Positions 9,020 to 17,501 of a stretch of DNA of 64,000 nt are shown here, one piece after another. Within the stretch, counting starts at the first letter, position 1. Every line of letters starts with the position of its first letter. A program made the translations under genes and the position numbers. The notes under the pieces are model-generated. The model was not told the origin of the DNA. It saw nothing but the letters and a program-made list of their open reading frames with translations, and did no database searches. The stretch lies in assembly GCA_019338205.1 (NCBI GenBank), contig GCA_019338205.1_4761.1, one strand, 5' to 3'. The DNA comes from a phage.

Positions 9020-9607
9020 ATGTTTGACCAGTTACAAGATCTATTTGGAGTAAAACCACTTCGTAGATGTGCTTTAATAGGCTCTAGAAAAGCGCCTAGC
9101 GACATTTTGATAATGGCTAGTACCATTGGGAGGGTATTGTCAGAAAATCGCGTTGTAGCGCATTCTGGAGGGGCTTACGGTATGGACAATGCTTTCATGA
9201 AGTATTACGATCCAGATTATAGAAAAATTTTCATTCCAAATTGGAAGTTTTATGACCACAAGCATAACGGTCATGATGTTATTGCATGGCAAACCTTAGA
9301 ACAAAAAAATCTGGCGATGGATGAATTAGAACATGTTTATGATAATCCTCGTTCTATACCGTTATACATGCAAAATCTGTTTTCTAGAAATGTTGCTCAA
9401 GTCTTAGGTGAGACACTTGATGATCCGGTAGATTGTGTGATATTCTGGGCGAAAGAAGTTAATGGAATCGTTTCGGGAGGAACTAGAATTGCTGTTTATG
9501 TTGCCCGTAGACATGGGATACCATGTTTTAACTTATATCATCAAGAAAATAGATCCGCCGTCGAAAAAATCTTGGGCGGATCTGACTTGTCTTGGTTAGA
9601 TATTTAG
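9020..9607 (+). CDS. DprA/Smf-like Rossmann-fold (SLOG superfamily) protein
   Basis: 195 aa; ALIGSRKAP...HSGGAYGMDNAF and ...GIVSGGTRIAVYVARRHGIPCF resemble DprA-family motifs; occupies the 24-hoc variable region. Confidence 0.5.
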   Translation: MFDQLQDLFGVKPLRRCALIGSRKAPSDILIMASTIGRVLSENRVVAHSGGAYGMDNAFMKYYDPDYRKIFIPNWKFYDHKHNGHDVIAWQTLEQKNLAMDELEHVYDNPRSIPLYMQNLFSRNVAQVLGETLDDPVDCVIFWAKEVNGIVSGGTRIAVYVARRHGIPCFNLYHQENRSAVEKILGGSDLSWLDI

Positions 9608-10849
9608 TTAAGCGTTGTCAATCTCAAGCGGTGGCAGTTCGATTCCTAAAATGTAGGACATTTCAGAGCGTCCAGCCATTTTACCCCAATCGTCACCCTT
9701 GATGACCTGGTGTTCTTCCTGATCAACTTTTGATGTATATGGGTTGACAGAGAGTGAATAACGATTCATAATAGCTACATGATGCTGGAAGCTATTAGGG
9801 TCAATTACACTCTTATACGCGCCAGCGCCGTCGGCTTCTGTATATGGGGAGTAGAACAGAGAACCTACACTCTCCATATCACCGATCATGTGCTTACAAC
9901 CAACGAGCATATAATCGAAAGGTGTTGTCGTGTCTGCGTACACTTCCAGACCGCAACGTAGACGACCTTCGCTTAGAGCATTGTCGGTTTCTTCCATCCA
10001 ACCGGAAGATTGCAGGAGGCCAACCACGCGAGAAGACGCCAAAACGTATGTACCAGCAAAGGAGGAAGTCCGCAACATTTGATTGCTCATTTCGCAAGCA
10101 TAGCGGTAAAGTTCACGCGCTTGTGCTGGTGCATCCTGAACGCTAACGAGAGAAAGTACGCCGTCAGGGGTGATCCCTTTAATTTTATAGCGAGATGATA
10201 CAGTGATCAACTTCTGAATAATATCTTTGTTGATCTCTTCGGAAGCGATCGTAGCCAGAAGATCAATTACAGAGTTTTCAGAGTTGATTTGGCTTGCCTC
10301 AAGATCCTGCATCAATTCGGTCGTGAATGAGGTTTTCAGTTTACGAGAACCTACATTAACCTGCCATTTATCAAACTGCATAGAGGTAGACGAAATTTCG
10401 GTGTTTTTATCTTCAAAGTATTCTACCGATGCACAATCGCTATAGAAACGAATTTTGTTTGTCATTACGCCTTTAAAGATTGCAGCTTCTGGAGTTTCGG
10501 CATCTGCACCGACTGTACCAGCGGTCACAACTTCGTATACAACATTGTCTGATTTGAACAGTGCGCCTTCGTCATAAGATTTTTCTTTTGAAAACTCTTC
10601 GATCTCTGTGCGATCACCAGCCGCGCCACCGTAGGTTGTAGCAGTTCGGAAAGTCATCTGACCATCACGATTAAGATAACGTAGTCCGTACAATGCAGAT
10701 ACTGGTTGATCCGTTGGCTGGATTGCTACCAGATCAGAGAAAATCAGGTTGTTTACCGCGCGAGTTAATGATAATAGTTGCGGTCGCGCTGTCTGGTTAG
10801 CTACTGAGGAAGTAGATTCCCGCAACAGTTCAGTAAAAATATGAGTCAT
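9608..10849 (-). CDS. 24: capsid vertex protein gp24
   Basis: Start set at ATG 10849 (MTHIFTELLREST..., as in recalled T4 gp24 N-terminus); the track start at 10897 is a TTG. Paralog of gp23. Confidence 0.9.
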   Translation of the reverse strand: MTHIFTELLRESTSSVANQTARPQLLSLTRAVNNLIFSDLVAIQPTDQPVSALYGLRYLNRDGQMTFRTATTYGGAAGDRTEIEEFSKEKSYDEGALFKSDNVVYEVVTAGTVGADAETPEAAIFKGVMTNKIRFYSDCASVEYFEDKNTEISSTSMQFDKWQVNVGSRKLKTSFTTELMQDLEASQINSENSVIDLLATIASEEINKDIIQKLITVSSRYKIKGITPDGVLSLVSVQDAPAQARELYRYACEMSNQMLRTSSFAGTYVLASSRVVGLLQSSGWMEETDNALSEGRLRCGLEVYADTTTPFDYMLVGCKHMIGDMESVGSLFYSPYTEADGAGAYKSVIDPNSFQHHVAIMNRYSLSVNPYTSKVDQEEHQVIKGDDWGKMAGRSEMSYILGIELPPLEIDNA

Positions 10850-10886
10850 GTTTATGAATCCTGTATTTGCCTTAATGGATATATCA

Positions 10887-10894
10887 TATTTATA
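10887..10894 (-). promoter_or_regulatory. T4-type late promoter (TATAAATA) for gene 24
   Basis: Exact TATAAATA on minus strand 38 nt upstream of ATG 10849. Confidence 0.6.
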
Positions 10895-10933
10895 CAAAAA
10901 GAAAAAGGAATCCGAAGGATTCCAAAAATAAAC

Positions 10934-11086
10934 TTACTTCTTCCTAGAAACATTATCAACGCTACGGTTAACTTTGTTTACCAGATTAATTGCATGATCA
11001 GAACGAATAATTGCATAAGCTAATGCTAACATCAATTCGTTGTATTCCTTACGAGTCATAACATAGCTGTTTTCTTTCTTACTCAT
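10934..11086 (-). CDS. small hypothetical ORF (50 aa) in the 23-24 spacer
   Basis: ATG to TAA, MSKKENSYVMTRKEYNEL...; no clear RBS. Confidence 0.2.
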   Translation of the reverse strand: MSKKENSYVMTRKEYNELMLALAYAIIRSDHAINLVNKVNRSVDNVSRKK

Positions 11087-11361
11087 GCATTCCTCCTTAT
11101 GGAGAATTTTGGGTTAATTCAGGGAACAGCGTACCAAAACCAAAAATTACCTCTAGCGTCACGCTGAAATGTCATAACAAGGCCGATCTGTATATCTACC
11201 AAATCTATCCGACCCAATATCAACATGAACGCTCATTTCATTCATTGGTCCCTTTGTCATGCAGTTACTACGGAAATTGGTGGAATTGTTTGTTGTGTGT
11301 ATCTATTTTAGCTCCCAATAGAATATAGGCTTGCAACCTTATTTATAACGGGTTATAATAC

Positions 11362-11392
11362 GCAAAAAGGGAAGACCCTTTCGAGTCTTCCC
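11362..11392 (-). terminator. intrinsic terminator downstream of gene 23
   Basis: Perfect 8 bp stem GGGAAGAC / GUCUUCCC followed by UUUUUG on minus strand; a second hairpin at 11434-11452 immediately follows the gp23 stop. Confidence 0.65.
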
Positions 11393-11470
11393 TTTGGAAT
11401 TAACACTTTACACTGTCATAAGGTTTATGATAAGTCGGGCATTGCACCCGACAGGAGTTTTCAGGAATGA

Positions 11471-13057
11471 TTAGCAACCTTTAACCCATACACGACGGAA
11501 GTATGCGTTTTTACCTACGCTGTCTTTGCTCAACATACCGGAGGTGATGCGAGCGGACGGTGCCTGGGATTTGCTGTCTGCAAACGGGTTAATACCGATG
11601 CCGTAGCGAGTCTTGAAGCCCAGAACCGGGTGGAAAGACTGCGGGTCAGTTGCACGCAGCGGAGTCAGAGCAACATACGGAGCATAGTAGATACCAGCAT
11701 CCATTTCGTTGTCGCCTTTGTAACCTACAGTGAAGTAGTCCTGACGAGCATACTGGTCGATGAACACTTTGTACTTACCAGCCAGAACACCAGCGAAAAC
11801 AGCTTTAGTGGTGTCGGTATTCAGACCTTTTGCAGCACCCTGCATAGCAAGACTGATACCCTGATCAGCAGACGCCAGAATGTTTACAACGTTACGGGAA
11901 GCGATAACAAAGTTACCCGCACCGCGACCAGTCTGACGAGCGATTTCAGCAGCTTCTTTGTCGATCTGGTAGATCAGAGATTTGAAGGATTCACCAGCCC
12001 AACGAGCACCGCGAGTATCGATCGGGTCTTGCAGGTCAAATACACCAGCTTTAGAACCAACGGTCTGAGTCATACCAGTTTTACCAACCTGAGCGGTAAA
12101 GTTGATCACATCAACGATTTCGCGGTTGATTTCCAGCAGAACTTCGTTAGCCAGAATAGCATTCAGTTCGGCGTCAGCGTCCATACCGTGTACAGCACGC
12201 AGATCCTGCGCAACTTCGATAGAGTAACGGGCTTTCAGTTGGCGAGATTTCGCTTCAACAACCTGTTTGTCAATACGCATTGACATTTCAGCCCACGGGT
12301 TATTCTGAGAACCGTTAAAGCCTTCCTGAATTTCGGCAATGGAAGTCGCCATACCGAAAGCGATTTCAGCCAGTTTACCTTCTTCCATCAGCTTCATGAC
12401 AACTTCATCATCTGACTCGCTGCCAGCTTTGGCCGGGGTTACTGCGCCGGAGGTAACGTTTTGCAGATATGCAATGCCAGTTTCTGCGAAGGTGTGGTGT
12501 ACAATATCACCTGCTTCAATCTGATTATTGAGAGTTAGTTTAGCAAACGGAGTCCCGGTCGGAGAACCGACAATTGCACCTTTAGCAGCAAGAGAGCTAT
12601 GGAACGCATCAGGAGCATACATCGGATGGAATGCTTCTTTCGCCTGAGATGCCAGCGGGTTAGGACCATATACAGAACGGATTGCAAAGATCTGGCTAGT
12701 CGGGGTGCTCATCGGCTGAACGCCACAAATATCAAATGCGATCAGATTAGGGATAGCACGGCGAACCATACCGATAACAGCCGGACCTACGTTGGTGATT
12801 GCACCAGTAGTCTGACCAGACGCGATATTAGATGCGTCATAACCGTGGTCTCCAGCAACTTCGGCTTCTGCGATAAAGCCACCGAATGCTTCAACAACTT
12901 TTTCATCCTTATAGATCGGGTCTACAGCAAAATCCGCTTCCTGAGATTCCAGAATTTTAGCAACCAGTTTCTGCTTAGACGCAGTTGCGATTTCCGGCAG
13001 TTTTTCGTTCTCCAGCAGCGGGGACCATTTTTCCATCAGTTCTTTGGTAGTTTTCAT
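11471..13057 (-). CDS. 23: major capsid protein gp23
   Basis: 528 aa; near-collinear match to recalled T4 gp23 (LPEIA, GPAVIGMVRRAIPNLIAFDICGVQPM, YYAPYVALTPLR, GIGINPF). Confidence 0.97.
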   Translation of the reverse strand: MKTTKELMEKWSPLLENEKLPEIATASKQKLVAKILESQEADFAVDPIYKDEKVVEAFGGFIAEAEVAGDHGYDASNIASGQTTGAITNVGPAVIGMVRRAIPNLIAFDICGVQPMSTPTSQIFAIRSVYGPNPLASQAKEAFHPMYAPDAFHSSLAAKGAIVGSPTGTPFAKLTLNNQIEAGDIVHHTFAETGIAYLQNVTSGAVTPAKAGSESDDEVVMKLMEEGKLAEIAFGMATSIAEIQEGFNGSQNNPWAEMSMRIDKQVVEAKSRQLKARYSIEVAQDLRAVHGMDADAELNAILANEVLLEINREIVDVINFTAQVGKTGMTQTVGSKAGVFDLQDPIDTRGARWAGESFKSLIYQIDKEAAEIARQTGRGAGNFVIASRNVVNILASADQGISLAMQGAAKGLNTDTTKAVFAGVLAGKYKVFIDQYARQDYFTVGYKGDNEMDAGIYYAPYVALTPLRATDPQSFHPVLGFKTRYGIGINPFADSKSQAPSARITSGMLSKDSVGKNAYFRRVWVKGC

Positions 13058-13090
13058 GTTCTTTAAACCTTGTTTGTTGTTAACCTAAAG

Positions 13091-13098
13091 TATTTATA
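13091..13098 (-). promoter_or_regulatory. T4-type late promoter (TATAAATA) for gene 23
   Basis: Exact TATAAATA on minus strand 34 nt upstream of gp23 ATG. Confidence 0.7.
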
Positions 13099-13116
13099 AA
13101 GTAGATTTGAATTACA

Positions 13117-13911
13117 TTAGATGAAATTCAGGTAGCGGGATACGCCGGAATCTACAGTTGCCTTTTTATCTGATTTTTCGACAGCTTCTGCAATAACATT
13201 CAGCTTGTCGGCATCAGTATTTAGTGATTCTTCAATCTTCGCTGGTTTGTCTTCTTTCTTAGCAACCATTTCGACAATTGCAGTTAATTTCTTATCGAAA
13301 GTTTCGCTATATTCCAGACCTTCAATCAGCGCGGTTACTTTTTCTTTCTGAGTATCGGAAAGATCACGAGTGCTTTCATTGATCGCTTGTTCGCGCTTCA
13401 TGCCACGAATTTCGCTTTCAAGTTGCAGTTTGGCATCAAAGAGTTCAGAGGTTTTTTCTTTTTCTTCTTTGAGTGCTTCGTCAAGTTCAGCAACAACGTC
13501 TACAGATTCTTCCGGTACTACAACATTGTGAGTAACGAAAACATCTTTCAGAGAACCAATCAGGGATTCGCACAGATCCGCTTTAATATTACGGGTAACG
13601 GCTTCTTTATTTTCTGCCAGCCATTTAGCGCCTAAGTGATTCAGGAATTTATCTGCATCTTCGTACAGTTTGGTTTCAATCTCGGTGCGTGCTTCTTCGA
13701 CCTTTGATTCTACCAGTTCATCGGCTTTAGCGGCGATTTTTTCAATGTGGCTTTCTGCCAGAGCAACAGCATTAGCTTTTACCGCCTGAGCGTAGATAGC
13801 ACCAAAATTTTCTTTTACTTCCGGCGACAGTTCGACGGATTCAAACAGGTCATCGAGAGCAACGTCTACGGTGATCTGTTTTGCTTCTTCGAGCAGCATT
13901 TCTTTAAGCAT
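13117..13911 (-). CDS. 22: prohead scaffold core protein gp22
   Basis: 264 aa, acidic, helical; between 21 and 23 as in T4. Confidence 0.8.
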   Translation of the reverse strand: MLKEMLLEEAKQITVDVALDDLFESVELSPEVKENFGAIYAQAVKANAVALAESHIEKIAAKADELVESKVEEARTEIETKLYEDADKFLNHLGAKWLAENKEAVTRNIKADLCESLIGSLKDVFVTHNVVVPEESVDVVAELDEALKEEKEKTSELFDAKLQLESEIRGMKREQAINESTRDLSDTQKEKVTALIEGLEYSETFDKKLTAIVEMVAKKEDKPAKIEESLNTDADKLNVIAEAVEKSDKKATVDSGVSRYLNFI

Positions 13912-13942
13912 GGTTATAACCTTCTTGTTGATAACGACGTTA

Positions 13943-14638
13943 TTATTTATAGCGTTTAGATAACGCTTCTGCGAGCGCCATAAACGCGCTATTATTCGAT
14001 TCTACGATGTTTTGTTGTGAGGCTGTAGGGTTAGTCACTTTTTCGGTTTTATCGCTTTCTGGTGCGTCTGACGCGCTAGAATCGCTATCCATTGACTCAA
14101 CCACCGGAGTTACCCACGCATCAGGTGCGCTCGGACCCCATACAACATCAACACCAACCGTCAACACAAAACCTTCCTGTACAATATTGTATCCGCGACC
14201 GGAGTCTTTTAAACGACCCAACCCACGGGAGGAAACGCCAGGAATCCAGCCAGCGCGAATCAGTGCAGCAAGTTTATCACCTGCGCCTTTATCCCCTTCA
14301 ATAACACGGGCTTTACCCATCACGTTATTACCTTCCCACCATAATTTTTCAATTATGATGCAAGCATTAGATGGATCTGGCATTGCTCTTGCTGGGTGAT
14401 TAAGTTCGCCTAGAGCTTGATGTGTCTCAACTTGTTCATGTATGTATTTAGTAACCGCATTTTCTAGAACACTGCGAGGATACCAGCGTTTATTGCGGTT
14501 TACTGTTTCGGCTTGCAGGAAAATCCCTTGAATATAGAGATTTCCTGTAGCCTTATCATCAAATGATTCAAGCAATGACGAACTACCGCGAGCACAAGGA
14601 ACGCCCCATTGTTCGATCAGTAATTCGTTCTTTTCCAT
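13943..14638 (-). CDS. 21: prohead core protease gp21
   Basis: 231 aa; ...LGELNHPARAM... motif and position as T4 gp21. Confidence 0.85.
   Translation of the reverse strand: MEKNELLIEQWGVPCARGSSSLLESFDDKATGNLYIQGIFLQAETVNRNKRWYPRSVLENAVTKYIHEQVETHQALGELNHPARAMPDPSNACIIIEKLWWEGNNVMGKARVIEGDKGAGDKLAALIRAGWIPGVSSRGLGRLKDSGRGYNIVQEGFVLTVGVDVVWGPSAPDAWVTPVVESMDSDSSASDAPESDKTEKVTNPTASQQNIVESNNSAFMALAEALSKRYK
13944..13951 (-). promoter_or_regulatory. T4-type late promoter (TATAAATA) for gene 22
   Basis: Exact TATAAATA on minus strand overlapping gp21 stop, 33 nt upstream of gp22 ATG. Confidence 0.55.
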
Positions 14639-14649
14639 GTTGTTTCCTG

Positions 14650-15057
14650 TTATAATCCTAACGCCTTACGTTTACGCATTGCTTTTTTGCGCTTACGTTC
14701 CGCATGACGTTCGATAGATGGATTTGCACGTTTGGTTTTTGCAGCACGACGGGCAATTTGACGGCGTTTAGCTTTGCTTAGGCCAGTAGTCATGTAAGCA
14801 TTACGCTCACGGGTTTTGCGATCTTTCTTACGTGCAACTTCCCCGCGTGCGTTTACATGTTTAACCATTGCTTCATTTACAGTAATTCCGTCGATGATAG
14901 ACAGCATTGCCACCGCCAGTTCCGGCTCATCCTCGGAGATACCTTCAACGATTTTCAATAGTTCTTCTGACTCAAACATAGCCAACATGTCCAATTTTTC
15001 CTGTGCTTCCGGCAGAAAAGTTTCTAAGTCAGCTTTAGGAGTAAAATCTTTAATCAT
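14650..15057 (-). CDS. 68: prohead core protein gp68
   Basis: 135 aa with basic C-terminal tail; synteny 20-67-68-21. Confidence 0.65.
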   Translation of the reverse strand: MIKDFTPKADLETFLPEAQEKLDMLAMFESEELLKIVEGISEDEPELAVAMLSIIDGITVNEAMVKHVNARGEVARKKDRKTRERNAYMTTGLSKAKRRQIARRAAKTKRANPSIERHAERKRKKAMRKRKALGL

Positions 15058-15069
15058 GTTGGCTTCCTA

Positions 15070-15309
15070 TTATTCGTCGTCTTCTTTGTCTTTTTTATCG
15101 TCTTTGCGATCTTCGTCTTCGTCGTCCTCATCTTCCATATCTTCATCATCGCGGTCTTTTTCTTCTTCACCTTCGATCATGATACTGGATGCGATTTCGA
15201 CACGCTGGGATTCGATGATCTGGGCTTTTTTAGCCTCCATGATCTTATCAAATTCTTTTTCGATCAGCGTTAGATCGCGAGTTTTAATTGCTTCGATAAA
15301 TTGTTTCAT
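15070..15309 (-). CDS. 67: prohead core protein gp67
   Basis: 79 aa with very acidic C-terminus; synteny. Confidence 0.65.
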   Translation of the reverse strand: MKQFIEAIKTRDLTLIEKEFDKIMEAKKAQIIESQRVEIASSIMIEGEEEKDRDDEDMEDEDDEDEDRKDDKKDKEDDE

Positions 15310-16875
15310 TTAAAAATCCTCTATTTCATCGGGAGTTTGTTTAAAGCGCGGATCGTTCGCTTCTTCTTCGATCTGTTTCTTCTCGGTGTCCATCTGGTCA
15401 TCGGTATATTTCAGAATGTCACGCATCACTGTCTGGTTAGAGAAATATTTACCAATGTAAGGTGTAATACGTTCGATTAGACCGATTCGACGTTCTAAAA
15501 TTTCCGCGTCTTTAACTTCTGTATAGTAAGAGTCCCGATGGAAAACCACCTTGATATTATTTATTTCACGATCCCAATCGTCTTCCGTAATTACATTTTT
15601 GAGAATCAGATTATATTTCAGAGGATCGCGCAATACTTCCGAAAACTGTGATTGCAGAGTTCTAATGAATTTCGAAAATTCCAACTCATCGCGAGTAATT
15701 TCTGAACCATCACCACCGATCACCATATTAGCATCGGAGAGATTGCTGCGTGACAATGGCACACGCAACGCTTCATACAATTTACGGTTAAAGTAGCGAA
15801 TATCATCGATATCACTCATACCGGATGCACCGGGTAAAGTAGTAACGTCGGTGATTGCTTTACCATCTCGACGCTGTAACCAGTAGTCCTCTGTCATTGA
15901 TAGATTTGCTTGCTGGTTTTTAAGTTTACCAGTCGATGCATCATAAACAACGCGGTTTTTAAAAGACTGTGCCACTGAGTTCATGTGCTGTGCAGCCTTG
16001 CGGTTGTTCATGTTTCCGGTATCAATAAAGAACACTCGGCGTTCCGGTGCACGCGTGATACGATAAACGACCATTGCGTCTTCCAACAATTTAAGCTGGT
16101 TTGCTGGCTTAACAGCCCGATGCAAATAACCAATGATATATTTATCATCGCAATCCATCAAGCCGCTGTGAGCGTATGTAATAGCACTACGCGGGATTTT
16201 AACGCGACTATTAGGAGAGAATACTTGACCACCTGCGCAATAAGAGCTATTGCCTACAGTGTAAATGAAATATTCTTTCGTTGCTTTATAAATTTTACCT
16301 TCCGGTGTGTCTTCTGTAATGATCTCGCGAACATATTCAAGATTTCGTGGGTCAAGCTGGCGTAATTCTACGATACCATCTTTTGGATTTTTGCCGATGA
16401 TTTTATGGAAGAAAATACGCGAATCGACATACCAGCGACGGAACATATCCTGACCGCGCCTATCAAACTGGATAGTGTTTAAAAGATCTTTAAATTCTTC
16501 ATGAATGCGCTCTTTTACAGATTCACTAAAGCCAGTCGCCTCAAGATTTAATGAAACAACTTCATGACCTTCTTCAAATACAATCGCATCGTTAACGATA
16601 TTTTGTACAGCGTTTTCGACTTCATGGTTATTCATCAAACCGCGATATGTGTTAACTAATTGCTTAGTTGTGCTGATTTTCTGGTCGGTGCTGTAAAATT
16701 GCTGGGTAAGAGAGTTCCACGCGCTAGCAGGTAAATTATCATTAATTTCTACTTCCGTAGCACCATCATTGTTTTTAGGTGCGGCTATAGACTCTGCTTT
16801 ATCTTTAATTTGTTCTTCGTATTTGTCGTTGTCAAAATCAGCCCAACGCGCAAGCATTTTTAATCTACTAAACAT
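15310..16875 (-). CDS. 20: portal vertex protein gp20
   Basis: 521 aa (T4 gp20 524 aa); synteny between 19 and 67. Confidence 0.9.
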   Translation of the reverse strand: MFSRLKMLARWADFDNDKYEEQIKDKAESIAAPKNNDGATEVEINDNLPASAWNSLTQQFYSTDQKISTTKQLVNTYRGLMNNHEVENAVQNIVNDAIVFEEGHEVVSLNLEATGFSESVKERIHEEFKDLLNTIQFDRRGQDMFRRWYVDSRIFFHKIIGKNPKDGIVELRQLDPRNLEYVREIITEDTPEGKIYKATKEYFIYTVGNSSYCAGGQVFSPNSRVKIPRSAITYAHSGLMDCDDKYIIGYLHRAVKPANQLKLLEDAMVVYRITRAPERRVFFIDTGNMNNRKAAQHMNSVAQSFKNRVVYDASTGKLKNQQANLSMTEDYWLQRRDGKAITDVTTLPGASGMSDIDDIRYFNRKLYEALRVPLSRSNLSDANMVIGGDGSEITRDELEFSKFIRTLQSQFSEVLRDPLKYNLILKNVITEDDWDREINNIKVVFHRDSYYTEVKDAEILERRIGLIERITPYIGKYFSNQTVMRDILKYTDDQMDTEKKQIEEEANDPRFKQTPDEIEDF

Positions 16876-16902
16876 TATTCACCTCGAATTGGGAGAAATT
16901 AG

Positions 16903-16921
16903 GCGGGGAACTTCTCCCCGC
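16903..16921 (-). other. intercistronic stem-loop between genes 19 and 20
   Basis: gcgggga-acttc-tccccgc inverted repeat; weak U-run, so attenuator rather than strong terminator. Confidence 0.35.
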
Positions 16922-16933
16922 ATGATAATATAT

Positions 16934-17428
16934 TTATTCTACCCAATCGATAGCAAAAGTAACTTCAAACGTTTCAACTTCGTTGTTTTGTTCCCAATCG
17001 AGGGTTACTTCACCAACGTTGGTCGGGAAAATACCGTACAATGTTTTTTCGCTAGTTGATTCTGTGTTACGGTTAAGTTGACGAACAATAGCTTGTTTCT
17101 TATATTGTGCAGGAGTTGCACCAGTGATCGCCGAACCTGTGCCATGTGTCTGATCGCTCCATGCAACGATAGCATCACGGATCTTGTGTGCGTCATCGTT
17201 GAATACAGTGATGGTCCAGTCGTCGTATACACGGTCGCCAGCGATGTTAATTTTACGGTTTTGATAGCCTACCGCAATTTTTTCTACGGTAGCAGCAGGG
17301 ACAGTCGCAGCCTTACATATCAGCTTAAAGTTTTGCCCCAGATACGGGATCTCAACTTCAAACAGGTTAGGACGAGCAAAATCGCCAGACTCGAAACCGC
17401 GTGTAATATCATTCAAATCGAGTGCCAT
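16934..17428 (-). CDS. 19: tail tube protein gp19
   Basis: 164 aa (T4 gp19 163 aa); follows gp18. Confidence 0.9.
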   Translation of the reverse strand: MALDLNDITRGFESGDFARPNLFEVEIPYLGQNFKLICKAATVPAATVEKIAVGYQNRKINIAGDRVYDDWTITVFNDDAHKIRDAIVAWSDQTHGTGSAITGATPAQYKKQAIVRQLNRNTESTSEKTLYGIFPTNVGEVTLDWEQNNEVETFEVTFAIDWVE

Positions 17429-17447
17429 AATTGATATTCCTTAATAG

Positions 17448-17468
17448 AGCGGGGAGAAAATCCCCGCT
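17448..17468 (-). other. intercistronic stem-loop between genes 18 and 19
   Basis: agcgggga-gaaaa-tccccgct 8 bp inverted repeat. Confidence 0.35.
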
Positions 17469-17501
17469 TGATTTAACTTTTAATCTATGCTAATTTACTG
17501 A

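Noticed and set aside
11630-13066. Plus-strand ORFs 11630-12283, 12339-12524 and 12599-13066
   Set aside because: All are antisense to the gp23 major capsid gene; Ser/Thr/Phe-rich shadow ORFs with no RBS.
14816-15313. Plus-strand Ser-rich ORF (165 aa)
   Set aside because: Antisense shadow of the acidic gp67/gp68 genes (poly-Ser from GAx/TCx complementarity).
17005-17434. ORFs 17005-17232 (minus) and 17078-17434 (plus) within gene 19
   Set aside because: Out-of-frame or antisense overlaps of the tail tube gene, which is well supported by size and synteny.
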